From positions 1-39,250 of the IMG/VR virus record IMGVR_UViG_3300037518_000299: 39,250 nucleotides of DNA. The stretch is one strand, 5' to 3'. The DNA comes from a virus (taxonomy: Duplodnaviria > Caudoviricetes). A model generated the notes under the pieces. That model did no database searches and was not told the DNA's origin. It saw only the letters and a list, made by a program, of their open reading frames with translations. The first letter of the stretch is position 1, and each line of letters opens with the position of its first letter. The translations under genes and the position numbers were made by a program. Positions 1-7,626 of this stretch are shown one piece after another.

Positions 1-647
1 CCGCGCCGCGGGGTGAGCAGCAGGAATTCTTCGCGGGACCGGTAAACGGCCGCCACGGGGGCGCCTGGGCGCCTCAGGACCGCGAAGTACAATCCCGGCC
101 CCGCCGGCGGGACCGGCGACCACTTGGCGTTCCAGATTCGCCCGATCGCCCGGCGGCCAGGCGGGGGGGGGCCAGGCTTCAGCCGGGCCGAATCCACGAT
201 CCAAAGCCCGGCCGGAACGGGCACCGGAGGCGGGGGGCCGTATCGCATCAACCCCATCCCCCCGTGATCCAGGCCCAGGCCGTGACCAAGCGACTCGTGG
301 CGGACTAGGAATCCGAACACGTACCGCCTCGAAGCCGGATCGCTACCGTCAATCGCGCCGGCCGAAAGCGTGCCAGTCGCTGGCATCTGGTCGCACGGCC
401 GCCAGTGCGCCGACTTCGCGCCCCAAGCGGTCTTGACATGCCCGCTGGCGAGAGGGTTGCGCGTCGCCTGAAGCTTGATCCCGCAACGCGCGCGCACGTC
501 GCGCACGGCCGCTTGTACCTCCGCGTCGATGTCGGCCTGGGTCAGCGTCGATCGTGGCGTCAGCGCGGAGTAATTGAACACCACGGGCGACGCAGAGTGC
601 TTGCACTGGCCGAGTAAGAGTACGAGTACGAAACACGGAATAGACAT
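1..647 (-). CDS. Secreted metzincin/matrixin-like zinc metallopeptidase, running off the window edge (absent from the ORF track)
   Basis: Hand translation from ATG 647 (AGGAGG at 654-659) is open to position 1. It starts MSIPCFVLVLLLGQC (hydrophobic signal-like) and contains VRHESLGHGLGLDH followed by GGMGLMRY (Met-turn-like), then a Pro-rich tail. Confidence 0.75.
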   Translation of the reverse strand, partial: MSIPCFVLVLLLGQCKHSASPVVFNYSALTPRSTLTQADIDAEVQAAVRDVRARCGIKLQATRNPLASGHVKTAWGAKSAHWRPCDQMPATGTLSAGAIDGSDPASRRYVFGFLVRHESLGHGLGLDHGGMGLMRYGPPPPVPVPAGLWIVDSARLKPGPPPPGRRAIGRIWNAKWSPVPPAGPGLYFAVLRRPGAPVAAVYRSREEFLLLTPRR

Positions 648-663
648 TCGGGGCCTCCTGTTA

Positions 664-1632
664 TCAGACAAGGTATCCGATGGCCGAAGTTGGCGCTATC
701 GGGCAACCGAAGGTGATAAAAGAAAAATTAGTCGGCGAAGACACTGTCGGGATTATTTGCGGGCCGAACGCGGGGTTCACCGTGCGCACGTCGGCATGTA
801 ACAGCACAGTCGTTTCGCCGACAAACGTACGGCGCGAAATAGCCACCCATTCCATAAAGGGGCTGTTTGCGAATATAGACGCTAAGCCATGGCTCGGCCC
901 ATAGATGCGGAAGCGAATCCTGAATATATTAGACCCTAAATTCGGGTTCGATGAATCGATAGGCGTTGAATGCTCGGCAAACATACTGGTTACGAGAAAA
1001 TCTTCGACGACGACGGGCGCGGAGGGGCCGACGTAAGTTGCGTCGCCGGTATTTAGCAGATCACATCCAGCGCTACCGCCGAACGCGCCCGTGATATCGA
1101 GGCTGGCGTTAACCGCGACCTGTTGCCCGGGCGTGGACTCAAACAGCATCGGCAAAAATCGAAGCACCGAATCGCCTGGGCCGAAACAGAGATCGTACCC
1201 CCACTCGCCCGATACTTGAGATACGCGCCATTTTCCGAGCGAGAAATCGATATTGCCAAGCGAATCCGTGTCGTGCGTGAACCGCCACCGTGCCGACCGG
1301 GCAGGCTCATTGATTACGTATTCCATAAGAGACCAGTAGCGGCGCGCGGTGCCAGGGTCCGACTCGCCAGAATTTGCACGATCGCGGGCGTAGCCAAGCC
1401 TCGCGAACGCCGTTACGCCGTCCCCAACGCGCGATTGCCTTACGAACTCCGGCTGATCGTCGGTACCGCCGGAGCGAGGCAGGTACCTGTCAAACACTCG
1501 CAAAACTCCGAGGCTCAAAGGGAACGCATTCTCCGGGTAGGGCGTCGCGTTGTCGGCGGTCTCGGCCCACACTATCTCCGGCGATACGCTAAAGCATTCC
1601 CCGCAACAGCACGCCGACGCCCCGATCCCCAT
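664..1632 (-). CDS. Putative tail tip or receptor-binding protein, 322 aa, N-terminal CCCxxC
   Basis: Long ORF at the end of the tail module, starting 3 nt after the upstream stop. Function inferred from position only. Confidence 0.55.
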   Translation of the reverse strand: MGIGASACCCGECFSVSPEIVWAETADNATPYPENAFPLSLGVLRVFDRYLPRSGGTDDQPEFVRQSRVGDGVTAFARLGYARDRANSGESDPGTARRYWSLMEYVINEPARSARWRFTHDTDSLGNIDFSLGKWRVSQVSGEWGYDLCFGPGDSVLRFLPMLFESTPGQQVAVNASLDITGAFGGSAGCDLLNTGDATYVGPSAPVVVEDFLVTSMFAEHSTPIDSSNPNLGSNIFRIRFRIYGPSHGLASIFANSPFMEWVAISRRTFVGETTVLLHADVRTVNPAFGPQIIPTVSSPTNFSFITFGCPIAPTSAIGYLV

Positions 1633-1635
1633 TCC

Positions 1636-2268
1636 TCACGTCTCCACGTCATCGCAATTGACCGCGTTAAAGCACCACGGCGTAGCCTGCTGGGCGGCGC
1701 CCTGGAAACTGACTTCGATATACGTATTCGCCCGCAGCGTTGATCCGCTCGGCAGGTAGCGGAAATCCGCAGTGGTGGCCAAGCCGAACCCGGCCGGATT
1801 GAGGAGGTTGACGTCGGCGTTCCCAGGCCCTTCGCGGTCGTCGGCCATCCGCGCCCGTTGGATTTGCCGGCCGCCGGCCAGTACGCGGGCATCGATTCCG
1901 TTCGGCTGCATCGACACGTAGACTACGTCTCCGGTATCAAGAAAGCCCATCACGGCCGCCGCGTCGGCGAATACGGTCAACCCAGCCGACGGTACCCAGA
2001 TATCGGCGACTGAATTTGCGCCGAAAGCGAACGCGCCGGACGAACCCGCGGGGTGTGGCCCCAGCGCAACAACCTCGCCGCGATAGATGCCTACCGACGC
2101 CTCGGGGCCGGTCGGCCCGGCGACGGCCGGCGAATCCCCCGGCCGCTCGTTGTTGTTGAGGCGCCGAAGAATCCGCTTGATATCGGTATCCGCCTGCCGT
2201 ACCAGCCCGCGAATGCCGCGAGAATCGACGCCTCCGGGTGAATGCAACGGGAACCCTATTCGCCTCAT
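1636..2268 (-). CDS. Putative tail protein
   Basis: ATG 2268 (MRRIGFPLH) sits directly after the stop of the 731-aa gene. Function inferred from position. Confidence 0.55.
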   Translation of the reverse strand: MRRIGFPLHSPGGVDSRGIRGLVRQADTDIKRILRRLNNNERPGDSPAVAGPTGPEASVGIYRGEVVALGPHPAGSSGAFAFGANSVADIWVPSAGLTVFADAAAVMGFLDTGDVVYVSMQPNGIDARVLAGGRQIQRARMADDREGPGNADVNLLNPAGFGLATTADFRYLPSGSTLRANTYIEVSFQGAAQQATPWCFNAVNCDDVET

Positions 2269-2269
2269 T

Positions 2270-4465
2270 TTACCGCACAACCTCCACGAGCCGTTGCCCA
2301 ACGGCGGCCCGAATAGTGCCGCCAAAGCCGAAGAAAAAGCTGCTGTCTTGGAACTCGAACAGTTCGCGAGTCTTAAATTTCAGCGCGACCTTGAGCGCGT
2401 CGATATCGACGTTCGCGAACTCCAGCGCGTCGGCCGAGAATACGATTGTCGTTAGCACGCCCTTGTCATTGCTGTAATCGTATTCGGCTTCCGATACCAC
2501 GGCGCCGATGGATTCCCAGTTCGTCGTAAGCGGCGCGCCGGCCGAGTCCACGCCCGCGAAGTTGATCCGCCGGTTCAGGTTTATAAAGTCGTAATCGGCC
2601 CCCTGAAGCACGCAGCCGCCCATATAGACAACGTCCTTATGCGCGTCGAGGATCGCTTGCGCGGCCTTTTCGAACTCGGCTTGCCGGCCCGCAGTGGTGA
2701 TCGGGACGTTTCGGACGAACCCGACCGCTAACGCTTCGTCGGCCAGCCGCATTTCCTTTTCAATCGAATACGGCGCCGCGCTGGCCGTGCCCTCGAACCC
2801 GGCCGCCGGCCGGCGGACCGACAGCGGCGCGCCCTGGTAGCCGAAGGTGAACCGGACGTTGTCGGGCAATTGGGGCAACCCGGCGGCGTTTAACTGGTAT
2901 ATCTGGAAAGAGGAATAGATGATGCCAGAATAATAATCGATTGTGATATTCCGGCACGACATCCACGATTCGCCGTCGTCGAACGTCACCTCCAATGTCG
3001 GCGCCCAGGTCTCCACGAACACAGGCTTCAGCCCGCTCGCCACCTGCGCGAGGTAGCCGACCGACAATTGCCGGGCAATGCGCCGCTTTGCCGGGTCGGC
3101 GATTTGCCACACGCGAGAAACGTCGGAAGTCACGGGAGGCCGCGGCCCATTTGCCGTAAAAATAGCCTCGGCCGACGCCGTATCCCATAGCGGTGTCAGC
3201 CCCTGCGAAGTCAACAGCGTCCCGACCGCGAATTGGTCGCCGGCTTTTGGCGTTTCCGTAAACGCCGATGACATCGTGAATTCGCGCCTCGGCGTCGATC
3301 CCGTGTAGTCCAGAACGGTCCGGACTTGCCCAGCAGCGGCGCCGGTCAGGAATACCAGCGATTGCGCGTTGTAGGTGTCGTCGTTCGCGTCTAGGGTGTC
3401 GTCCCCCCGGAATACCGTGGCTGTAGGCGACGACGTGTTCACCACGTAGCCGCCGGCATCGAGAAACGGATCATTGACGGTGCCATTGCCGAGGACGTCC
3501 ACGCGCGCGTTTGACACCACCTGCGGGCCTAGTATTTTCACCGCCGTGAACCGGTTTTCCAAGCTTCTATCGATATCGAAACTGATAATCGGATGATCGG
3601 TGGCCGCGTCGTTTATCGTCCTCGTGATCGACGGCGCGGCGAACACGTCGCGAAACCGCCACTTGCGAGCGAACGGCCCAGGCTCAAACACGAGCCGGCG
3701 GTTCGGGTACCACGCGAACAGCCGGTCGATAGCGCCGGGTATGGTTTCTGAATCGAATACCTGCTTTTCTTGCGGCACCGCGTCGAGGACGGAGATATCG
3801 GCGTTATCGTACGGCGGGTCAACGCCGCTTGCCGGAGTAGCGCCGAACGCGGCAAGCGCCGTCGGATCGTCGTCGAGTATCTCGGCCGCGATCTGTCCAA
3901 CGGTGCGATTGATTTCGTCGGGAGTGAATGCCGCCTGTTGGATCAGCGGGACCAACGCGAGATCGATTAGGATCGACCGTGCAAAAGCAAAATCGTCGTC
4001 GCCCTCAATTTCGGCGTTCCACACGCCGCGAGGGTAGCGGTTGACGTTGCTTTCGGGTCCGGACTGAACGAAGATTTCTTGGCCGACTCTCCAGGTTGGA
4101 TCGTGGGCGACGTAATCGATTCCGAAATTATCACCCGGTTTGATGTCGGTTACGAACCCTTCGAAGACGACGCCGTAATTAGCGTCGGAAAATTCTACCC
4201 ATGTGCCCCACGCTATCGGCGTTTCTTGGTGGCCTTGAGTCAGGTACGAAAACTCGAATCGACGAGGCGCGTTGAGAGATACCGTTACCTTCAGTCGGCA
4301 TACGCCGTCGGCGGCAAAATCGACGTCCGTGAACGGCCCGGCCGGCGACGACGCGGTACGCATGGACAACGTGGACTCGCCCGGGGCGATACTCGGGGCC
4401 TCGGGTGCGGTCGCGTCGGCCGCGCTCCCGCCGGCCGCGAAATTGTATTGAGAGAACGCCGACAA
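2270..4465 (-). CDS. Large tail tip / hub-like protein, 731 aa
   Basis: Segments resembling tail hub/Tal proteins (VVFEGFVTDI, SLENRFTAVKILG, NLNRRINF). Located downstream of the tape measure gene. Confidence 0.65.
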   Translation of the reverse strand: MSAFSQYNFAAGGSAADATAPEAPSIAPGESTLSMRTASSPAGPFTDVDFAADGVCRLKVTVSLNAPRRFEFSYLTQGHQETPIAWGTWVEFSDANYGVVFEGFVTDIKPGDNFGIDYVAHDPTWRVGQEIFVQSGPESNVNRYPRGVWNAEIEGDDDFAFARSILIDLALVPLIQQAAFTPDEINRTVGQIAAEILDDDPTALAAFGATPASGVDPPYDNADISVLDAVPQEKQVFDSETIPGAIDRLFAWYPNRRLVFEPGPFARKWRFRDVFAAPSITRTINDAATDHPIISFDIDRSLENRFTAVKILGPQVVSNARVDVLGNGTVNDPFLDAGGYVVNTSSPTATVFRGDDTLDANDDTYNAQSLVFLTGAAAGQVRTVLDYTGSTPRREFTMSSAFTETPKAGDQFAVGTLLTSQGLTPLWDTASAEAIFTANGPRPPVTSDVSRVWQIADPAKRRIARQLSVGYLAQVASGLKPVFVETWAPTLEVTFDDGESWMSCRNITIDYYSGIIYSSFQIYQLNAAGLPQLPDNVRFTFGYQGAPLSVRRPAAGFEGTASAAPYSIEKEMRLADEALAVGFVRNVPITTAGRQAEFEKAAQAILDAHKDVVYMGGCVLQGADYDFINLNRRINFAGVDSAGAPLTTNWESIGAVVSEAEYDYSNDKGVLTTIVFSADALEFANVDIDALKVALKFKTRELFEFQDSSFFFGFGGTIRAAVGQRLVEVVR

Positions 4466-4470
4466 AGTGG

Positions 4471-4710
4471 CTACCTCCCGAGAAACCTACGAACCCGCAA
4501 CGTCGCCTGAAGCATCAATAGTTTGTTATCTAAATCCTTCAATTGATCGTCCGGCGACCACCCGGCCGTCTGTCCGGCCTCTCGTATCCCCTGCACTATC
4601 CCGATCACGGCTAGCGAGGCGGTGAGCCCATCAGCGTTGATGAGATCGCTCATCACCGTATCGGATGGCGCGCCGCCGAGGAACCTGTTTACGATATCGT
4701 CAGGAGTCAT
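4471..4710 (-). CDS. Hypothetical protein (MTPDDIV...)
   Basis: ATG 4710 preceded by AAGGG. Shares its start sequence with two neighbouring genes. Confidence 0.6.
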   Translation of the reverse strand: MTPDDIVNRFLGGAPSDTVMSDLINADGLTASLAVIGIVQGIREAGQTAGWSPDDQLKDLDNKLLMLQATLRVRRFLGR

Positions 4711-4726
4711 TTTGTAGCCCTTCGGA

Positions 4727-4972
4727 TCAATGCGAAAATATCCACTTCGCGAACCACGCAATAATTGCAATCAAGGACACCACAACGAAGCAGCCGAACG
4801 ACACCGGCTCAACAGACAAATTATGCTTACATGGGCAATTACTGACGATCCCTTTACGGCCAACCTTTCTTCTGATAACGAAATTAAGCCAATCAACGAG
4901 GCCGTAATGGCTGATATGATACCAGTTCCTCCGAAACCAACTACGTGGCTTTCTGTTATCTTCAGGAGTCAT
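4727..4972 (-). CDS. Small membrane protein, 81 aa
   Basis: C-terminal hydrophobic helix FGCFVVVSLIAIIAWFAKWIF. AAGGG upstream of the ATG. Confidence 0.6.
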   Translation of the reverse strand: MTPEDNRKPRSWFRRNWYHISHYGLVDWLNFVIRRKVGRKGIVSNCPCKHNLSVEPVSFGCFVVVSLIAIIAWFAKWIFSH

Positions 4973-5009
4973 TTTTTAACAGCCCTTTGAATGAGTCAGC
5001 GACAAGCTG

Positions 5010-5129
5010 TCATTGGCTCTCCTCATAGATGTCCTTATAGAACACATACTCGATCCCTTCGCCGGCATTAACGATGAGGGACCCTTCCTCCTCGATACCC
5101 TGAACTATCCCGTTATCTTCAGGAGTCAT
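5010..5129 (-). CDS. Small acidic protein, 39 aa (MTPEDNGIVQGIEEEG...)
   Basis: ATGA overlap with the methyltransferase stop. Shares MTPxD and GIVQGI with the 4471-4710 protein. Confidence 0.45.
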   Translation of the reverse strand: MTPEDNGIVQGIEEEGSLIVNAGEGIEYVFYKDIYEESQ

Positions 5130-5968
5130 TTTTTGACCCCCACGTAAAACGCCCCGTCCGAGGCTCCACAGGCGATGCCGGCCCAGTTGGAGATGCCAAC
5201 ACGAAACCGCTTCGTATCGATGCCCGCAGGCTCGTGCGCATAGGCGCCGACAAGGGTGCCCTTCGGCAGCCGTTCCAGAATCTGCGACTGTAGGTCTTCG
5301 TGTTGGTAAAGAACGACCTTGGACGCGGCGCCGTAATCTTGCTCCAGGGCGTCGCCGGTTATGATTTTGATTCGATCGGACAGCCCGGCGGCCTTGATCC
5401 TTTCGCGCGAGGCGCGAGCCGCCTCCTCGTCGATCTCGATTCCGATTCCACGGCACCCGTAGCGCCGCGCCGCTGTAATCAGATACCGTGCGTCGCGACC
5501 GCTTCCGACATCCCATAGCACGTCGTGCGCGCCCAGGTACATAGCCTCAAGCATGGCATCGACGACCGGTTGCGGGGTGGCGTCCGGCTTGGCTTTGACT
5601 TCGGCAATTGGTACTCGCACCTGGTACGTCTCCTCGACCTGATACGGCACTTGCCGGGTTTCGTAAAAACAGCGGCCATTGACGCACCGTTTGACCGTCT
5701 CGGTGCGATACTTGGTCACGGTCCGAGTACGGGTTTCGAGTTTATAAGGGGAGGCGGCGGCAGCCTCCGATACTGCCACCGCCTCGGGGGAAGATACGGT
5801 TGACGCCGCCGCCCACTGCGCGCGGATGTTGTCGCACATCGAACACGGGCAATATTGGGCGCGTGCGTAGTTGCTCGGAGTGTACCGCCGACCGCCGTAA
5901 TAGGCTTCCTGCGCGTCGGCCAACGTCCACGAGGCGATGCAGGCCAGCAAGGCCAAAGCATATTTCAT
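5126..5968 (-). CDS. Class I SAM-dependent methyltransferase with N-terminal signal peptide and YTV-like/Cys-rich region
   Basis: Starts MKYALALLACIASWTLADA-QE at an ATGA overlap. Contains CPCSMC, ETRTRTVTKYRTETVKRCVNGRCFYETRQVPYQVEETYQVRVP, and SAM motifs LWDVGSG, GIGIEID and IITGDA. Confidence 0.8.
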   Translation of the reverse strand: MKYALALLACIASWTLADAQEAYYGGRRYTPSNYARAQYCPCSMCDNIRAQWAAASTVSSPEAVAVSEAAAASPYKLETRTRTVTKYRTETVKRCVNGRCFYETRQVPYQVEETYQVRVPIAEVKAKPDATPQPVVDAMLEAMYLGAHDVLWDVGSGRDARYLITAARRYGCRGIGIEIDEEAARASRERIKAAGLSDRIKIITGDALEQDYGAASKVVLYQHEDLQSQILERLPKGTLVGAYAHEPAGIDTKRFRVGISNWAGIACGASDGAFYVGVKK

Positions 5969-6384
5969 AAGTCCGTACCTCCAATCGAGTCCACTTCCTT
6001 CGCGCATGCCTCGAAAACCGGCCGGCCCGCCGGCGGGTTGTCTAGCATCGCCTTTGTGATTCGTTTACCTTTCGACTGCCAGAATTCCCGGTCGCCGATC
6101 GCTCGCCGCGCAGCCATCATGGCAAGCCGCCGTTGCAGCGGCCCCGGCTCCCAAGGCTCGCCCTCTTTATTCTCTTTCCAGCATCGGTAAATAGCAATCG
6201 CGATTTGGATGATGGCGAGAATCAGCATCGGCTCGAATCCGACGCCGACCGGCTCGACGATGCCAGCGATCCGCTCGGCATAGCTGACAAGGTTCGGCGC
6301 GGCATCCCTGTATTGATCAATTAGCGCGGCAATTACGGCCGGCTCCCCGAGTTGCGCCAAGCGAACGACGTCCGGTGTGGTCAT
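5965..6384 (-). CDS. Hypothetical protein with one hydrophobic segment
   Basis: Starts MTTPDVVRLAQ and contains PMLILAIIQIAIAIY. Coupled to the methyltransferase start. Confidence 0.65.
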   Translation of the reverse strand: MTTPDVVRLAQLGEPAVIAALIDQYRDAAPNLVSYAERIAGIVEPVGVGFEPMLILAIIQIAIAIYRCWKENKEGEPWEPGPLQRRLAMMAARRAIGDREFWQSKGKRITKAMLDNPPAGRPVFEACAKEVDSIGGTDL

Positions 6385-6395
6385 GCCCACCCCCA

Positions 6396-6491
6396 CTACC
6401 GATGATTATCAAACAAGAACACGTACACGAACCACACGCATCCGCCCAGGATGACGATAGCCCCGCCGATGATGATGCCGATCAAAATCAT
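6396..6491 (-). CDS. 31-aa single-TM protein (MILIGIIIGGAIVILGGCVWFVYVFLFDNHR), below the ORF-track cutoff
   Basis: Hand translation. AGGG lies upstream and the ORF fills the gap between the 50-bp repeats. Confidence 0.55.
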   Translation of the reverse strand: MILIGIIIGGAIVILGGCVWFVYVFLFDNHR

Positions 6492-6495
6492 TGGT

Positions 6496-6579
6496 TTACC
6501 CTAAAAAACTGCCGACCAATGCGCTGGCGACGGCCGGTTCCCCGAGTTGCGCCAAGCGAACGACGTCCGGTGTGGTCAT
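6496..6579 (-). pseudogene. Truncated duplicate of the 5965-6384 N-terminus (27 aa)
   Basis: MTTPDVVRLAQLGEPAVASALVGSFLG followed by a stop. Confidence 0.55.
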
Positions 6580-6656
6580 AGCAATCCCCAAAAAAATTGG
6601 CGCCGCCGGGTAGGTGCCGCTTTCGCGATCCTTGTCCCCAGAATGTCGATCCAAAC

Positions 6657-6902
6657 TTATTTGTCGGCGGCATTTTGATCGCCCTCAAGCAACAACCGGG
6701 CGACCTCCGACCGCCATGCCATGATGCGCCCCCCCGGCCTCCAGCCTCCATTGATTCCCCGGTCAATATGCTGTAAACACAACGCTTGCCGTCGGTCGGC
6801 CGGATACGCTACGCATCCGCGCGGCAGATCGACGTCGGCGACCGCCACGCCAGGGCAATTGGGGAATCGGCAGCTCTCGGCCGGTGATTTTACCGTACCC
6901 AA
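6657..6902 (-). CDS. Hypothetical Cys-containing protein (start uncertain)
   Basis: 3' part of ORF 6657..6992 (CRFPNC...GCVAY...LCLQH) fills the gap after the 45-aa TM gene. TTG start lies next to GGAGG. Confidence 0.4.
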   Translation of the reverse strand: MGTVKSPAESCRFPNCPGVAVADVDLPRGCVAYPADRRQALCLQHIDRGINGGWRPGGRIMAWRSEVARLLLEGDQNAADK

Positions 6903-7027
6903 ACCTCCGGCGATACAGCAACCGCCGCGAAAAAACCAACCAGTATGCCAACCACGATACCGACAACAAAAAAGATCGCCGCCGGCAAGCAACCGTCGGC
7001 GCGGTCCTCATATGTGTCGTCGATCAT
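6890..7027 (-). CDS. 45-aa single-TM protein (MIDDTYEDRADGCLPAAIFFVVGIVVGILVGFFAAVAVSPEVWVR), not in the ORF track
   Basis: ATG 1 nt after the stop of 7029..7613. Clear hydrophobic helix. Confidence 0.65.
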   Translation of the reverse strand: MIDDTYEDRADGCLPAAIFFVVGIVVGILVGFFAAVAVSPEVWVR

Positions 7028-7028
7028 A

Positions 7029-7613
7029 TCATATCCCCCCGAATCCGCCAATCACAAACGTATCCGTATCCGCCGGCGCGGCCGGGAACGGCTCGGCGAA
7101 CGACAGATTTTTCGACGTGCCATTGTAGTCAGTCACGCGCCGCCACATTCCTTGCAGGTTGCCCGAGGTGAACGCCAGATACGACCCGATATAGAAATCG
7201 TCCACGGCCGATAGCCCGGCGTCGCCGTCAAAATCGCCGGCGGCCGGCGACGCATCGTTTACGGAACCAGACAAAGCCGCGTCCACGTTCGTGTTGATGA
7301 CGTCGGCAAACCCGATCGCGTCGTCGCTTTGTACCTCGACGTGCGCGACATCTACCACCTTGTCATTGGCGTCGTCATCGTCGTGGAACCGGACGCGCAC
7401 GATCCCGGCCGAGCCGAGCGACGCGACCGACGCGGTGAACGATTCGACGTTCTCGCCAGTCCCTTCGGTGAGCGCAATTTTTTTGTTCGCGAACGACGGC
7501 GACGCCTGCCAGGCCGCCGCCACGTCGTTCCAGAACAAATTGTCGCTCAATCGCTCCAGCGTCGCGACGTAGTTGACGCCAGTGTTTCCCGCGAACGTCA
7601 GATCAAGCGCCAT
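7029..7613 (-). CDS. Virion structural / tail-associated protein, 194 aa
   Basis: GAGGGG RBS. C-terminal module DDFYIG...RRVTDY...DTFVIG is also present in the 731-aa tail protein. Confidence 0.65.
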   Translation of the reverse strand: MALDLTFAGNTGVNYVATLERLSDNLFWNDVAAAWQASPSFANKKIALTEGTGENVESFTASVASLGSAGIVRVRFHDDDDANDKVVDVAHVEVQSDDAIGFADVINTNVDAALSGSVNDASPAAGDFDGDAGLSAVDDFYIGSYLAFTSGNLQGMWRRVTDYNGTSKNLSFAEPFPAAPADTDTFVIGGFGGI

Positions 7614-7626
7614 CGAGTGCCCCCTC

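Larger units (their letters stand above)
4695..5134. repeat. Three copies of a gene-start repeat (GTTATCTTCAGGAGTCATTTTTT on +)
   Basis: Identical 23-mers at 4955-4977 and 5112-5134, and an 18/19 match at 4695-4713. Each spans an ATG encoding MTP(E/D)D. Confidence 0.9.
6335..6579. repeat. 50-bp direct repeat (6335-6384 and 6530-6579, one mismatch)
   Basis: Both copies encode MTTPDVVRLAQLGEPAV on the minus strand. Confidence 0.92.

Noticed and set aside
349-636. 95-aa minus-strand ORF in the track
   Set aside because: It overlaps the better-supported frame starting at 647, which has an AGGAGG RBS and a zinc-protease motif.
6488-7011. ORFs 6763-7011 and 6488-6766 as listed in the track
   Set aside because: They overlap better-supported small ORFs in other frames. 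A shorter 6488-6673 version cannot be excluded but has no supporting motif.
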